NCBI GenBank assembly: GCA_009914755.4
Contig: CP068257.2
Span: forward strand, 18,240,001-18,304,000
Reading direction: 5' to 3'
DNA: 64,000 bases
Source of the DNA: the human T2T-CHM13v2.0 reference genome, Homo sapiens
Below are positions 61,682 through 64,000 of this stretch, piece by piece. Below the pieces are notes generated by a model. The model searched no databases. It saw only the letters and a program-made list of their open reading frames with translations, and was not told the origin of the DNA. The translations under genes were made by a program, and so were the position numbers. The first letter of the stretch is position 1; every line of letters starts with the position of its first letter.

Positions 61682-62022
61682 GGCCAGGCGCGGTGGCTCA
61701 CGCCTGTAATCCCAGCACTTTGGGAGGCCGAGGCGGGCGGATCAGAAGGTCAGGAGATCGAGACCTTCCTGGCTAACACGGTGAAACCTCGTCTCTACTA
61801 AACAATACAAAACAAAATTAGCCGGGCGTGGTGGCGGGCGCCTGTAGTCTCAGCTACTCGGGAGGCTGAGGCAGGAGAATGGCGTGAACCCCGGGAGGCG
61901 GAGCTTGCAGTGAGCCGGGATTGCGCCACTGCACTCCAGCCTGGCCGACAGAGCGAGACTCCATCTCAAAAAAAAAAAAAAAAAAAAAAAAAACAAAAAA
62001 AAAAACAAAAAGAAAACATTCT
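61682..62022 (+). mobile_element. AluY-like element (plus), CpG-rich, with long interrupted poly-A tail. Probable A-rich TSD aaaaacaaaaa.
   Basis: ggccaggcgcggtggctcacgcctgtaatcccagcactttgggaggccgaggcgggcggatcagaaggtcaggagatcgagaccttcctggctaacacggtgaaacctcgtctctactaaa...gccgggcgtggtggcgggcgcctgtagtctcagctactcgggaggctgaggcaggagaatggcgtgaaccccgggaggcggagcttgcagtgagccgggattgcgccactgcactccagcctgg... then (A)n. Confidence 0.9.
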
Positions 62023-63784
62023 TTTGGTGTACTGAGCTATTATGTATTTTGTTTCTGTTTTTTTATAGCTGTTAGCACCCTTTCTCTCCCCACCCCAAAA
62101 AACAAAAACAAGTTGTCTGTTCTGAATATAAGTTCAGTTCCCTTCTGTGAAATTGCTGACTATGGTCACATTTGTTAGCCCTTACAGAGTGAAAACTTTT
62201 GTTCAATATTTTAGGCTGATTTAAGCTCTATAACTTACTTTTTAGTCTTCTTTCAGTTATTTCCTAAGCATATCTTTTTCATTCATAGCTCATTAGGATA
62301 TCAGAACCAGTGTGACAGTACCCTTCCTTCCAATTGCTAGCCTTCTTAGAAGCCTGCTTCGTTATTACTACCCTCATTCATTCATCCTGACACTGGTAAA
62401 GTGTCGATTGCTCCATGTGATTTCCTCAGAAGCTGGATCCTCTGTCAGAGGGCACTTCCTTTCTTCTTTCTTTCTTTTTATGCTTCATTGCCTGGAGCTC
62501 TGGCAGATTTTTTTTAAATTTTATTCAGTTCCCCAATGGGGTAGACCAAAGTTTAGGAATCCCCAGTTCTCCCCAGTGAAGTCTGGTAGTCCCCAAAACT
62601 CATTCTGGTTTTATTACCATCATTGTATATCACATTTGTGGGAATATTGATATATAGATGAATTCCTTATTTCTAGCAATATCACAGACTGATAGTATTG
62701 TATTTATTATATTAGTTTGGTCATTTATGTAGAAAATTAGAGAAAAGGGGAGTCAGTTTTATGGACTTAGAATATCATGTTAAATTTGGAAGCCAAAATT
62801 CTATGCTAAATAATTAGGTATTTCTGGAATTACATATGGATATATAAGTATGTTAATCTATTAAAAATTACCAACAAAAAACATTATAACATTTAATAAC
62901 TGCATAAATTTAAATATCACTTACTTTCAAATTCATATTTGCATTTTAAGCCAGGGCAAAGTAGCATTGAAATAGACTTGTAGGCAAGAAAGAGTAGTAA
63001 AACTATTGTAGGAGTGCTGGTAAGAAAATGTTTAATTATTCTAAATAATGTTTAAAGACACAAGATGTGAAAGTTAAATAAATGTAAGAAAAATTTTTAT
63101 GTAAAGAGAAACAATTTTCTAGAAGTCAGTTTTAGCATCAAAGTTAGAAAATATTCTCAATTCTAACCTAGAGATAAATTCTAAACAATGGATTTTAAGG
63201 GACTCTCAAATTAAAAGAATTTTTAAAAACAACATTATAAGATTAATCTTGACAAATATCAATAATCAGAAAAACTCCTACTCTAGAAAAAGAAGAAAAC
63301 AGATTGCTCGACGAAGGAAAAGTAAATAAAATTACAGTCAGTCGCAACAACATAGTCAGGGTTTATATTTGTGTGGTAGTCCTGTATGAATCCTTGAAAT
63401 GTCTAGTACTTTAGAGAATACGGTTTGGAGAAATCTGTTCTCACAAACATTGCCATTTGTGGGAAAAATCTTTCCATGAGAATTACTGTGATTCTAATTA
63501 TATATAGTTAATTCTAACTATATTATATATATATATAGTTGTGTATTCACACATACACACTTGTACATGCTGTTTTTCTATTAAAAATAAAAATATAAAT
63601 TAACAGATATTTATGCAGAATGATTTATGACATTTGAAAATAAGCACTTGTGACAAAGGTTTAATAAATAGATAAAACTGTACATAAACTGCAGAAGCAT
63701 AAATAATGGTGTTAGCTGATTAAATTCTAATATTTTAATATGTTATCTCTATAAATGATTCAATAGAAATATATTTAAAGGATT

Positions 63785-63872
63785 TTATTTTTAATTTATT
63801 TAAAATTTTTATTTCCAATTTTTATTTAAGTTCAGGGGTACATGGTCAGGATGAGAAGGTTTGTTACATAGG
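63785..63872 (-). mobile_element. L1 3'-end fragment (minus), interrupted at its right side by an LTR
   Basis: T-rich tail then tttaagttcaggggtacatggtcaggatgagaaggtttgttacataggtg, the reverse complement of the L1 3' terminus with a small insertion. Confidence 0.65.
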
Positions 63873-64000
63873 TGTATTAGTTTGTTCTCACACTGATATG
63901 AAGAAATACCCAAGACTGGGTAATTTATTTATGAAAGAGGTTTAATTGACTCAGAGTTTCCCATATCTGGGGAGGTCTCAGGAAACTTACAATCATGGCA
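63873..64000 (-). mobile_element. THE1/MST-class MaLR LTR (minus orientation), cut off by the window end
   Basis: tattagtttgttctcacactgatatgaagaaatacccaagactgggtaatttatttatgaaagaggtttaattgactcagagtttcccatatctggggaggtctcaggaaacttacaatcatggca, the reverse complement of the THE1/MST LTR 3' end. Confidence 0.75.

Overview
This 64-kb window is primate, almost certainly human, nuclear genomic DNA rather than a prokaryotic or viral locus. It is visibly AT-rich and densely populated by diagnostic primate interspersed repeats. I see at least 14 Alu elements on both strands, several with poly-A tails and target-site duplications (TSDs). There are multiple L1 fragments spanning old L1M through young L1PA-type 3' ends, THE1/MST-class MaLR LTRs, and microsatellites of (GT)n, (TA)n, (CCTT)n, (CTTT)n and (GAAA)n types. 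I cannot support any protein-coding exon, rRNA, tRNA or CRISPR array from the sequence. Every ORF in the six-frame track is at most 140 aa and falls in L1 ORF2 remnants, Alu, GC-rich L1 5'UTR-like sequence or low-complexity repeats. The window looks like gene-poor intronic or intergenic DNA. I could not place the locus by eye. The biology worth a second look is transposon structural biology, as follows. (1) A minus-strand L1 at 21621-23955 has a 5' inversion of the twin-priming type and a perfect 12-bp TSD. (2) A second, tiny twin-primed L1 at 33088-33433 sits at a nick site also used by the neighbouring Alu, so one 12-bp target is present three times. (3) An orphan GC/CpG-rich L1 5'UTR-like segment at 20138-21590 carries a canonical YY1 box and three ~143-bp tandem units, and is the only CpG-rich stretch in the window. 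(4) Two ~0.8-kb direct copies, about 95% identical and 4.2 kb apart, differ by a young Alu insertion in one copy. (5) A THE1 solo LTR is nested in an L1 3' end, and a similar nesting recurs at the window's right edge. (6) Several CpG-intact AluY-like insertions with clean TSDs are candidates for recent or polymorphic insertions. (7) Long polypurine/polypyrimidine and palindromic AT/GT tracts have non-B DNA potential. All repeat family names are from memory of consensus sequences. RepeatMasker or Dfam would be decisive.
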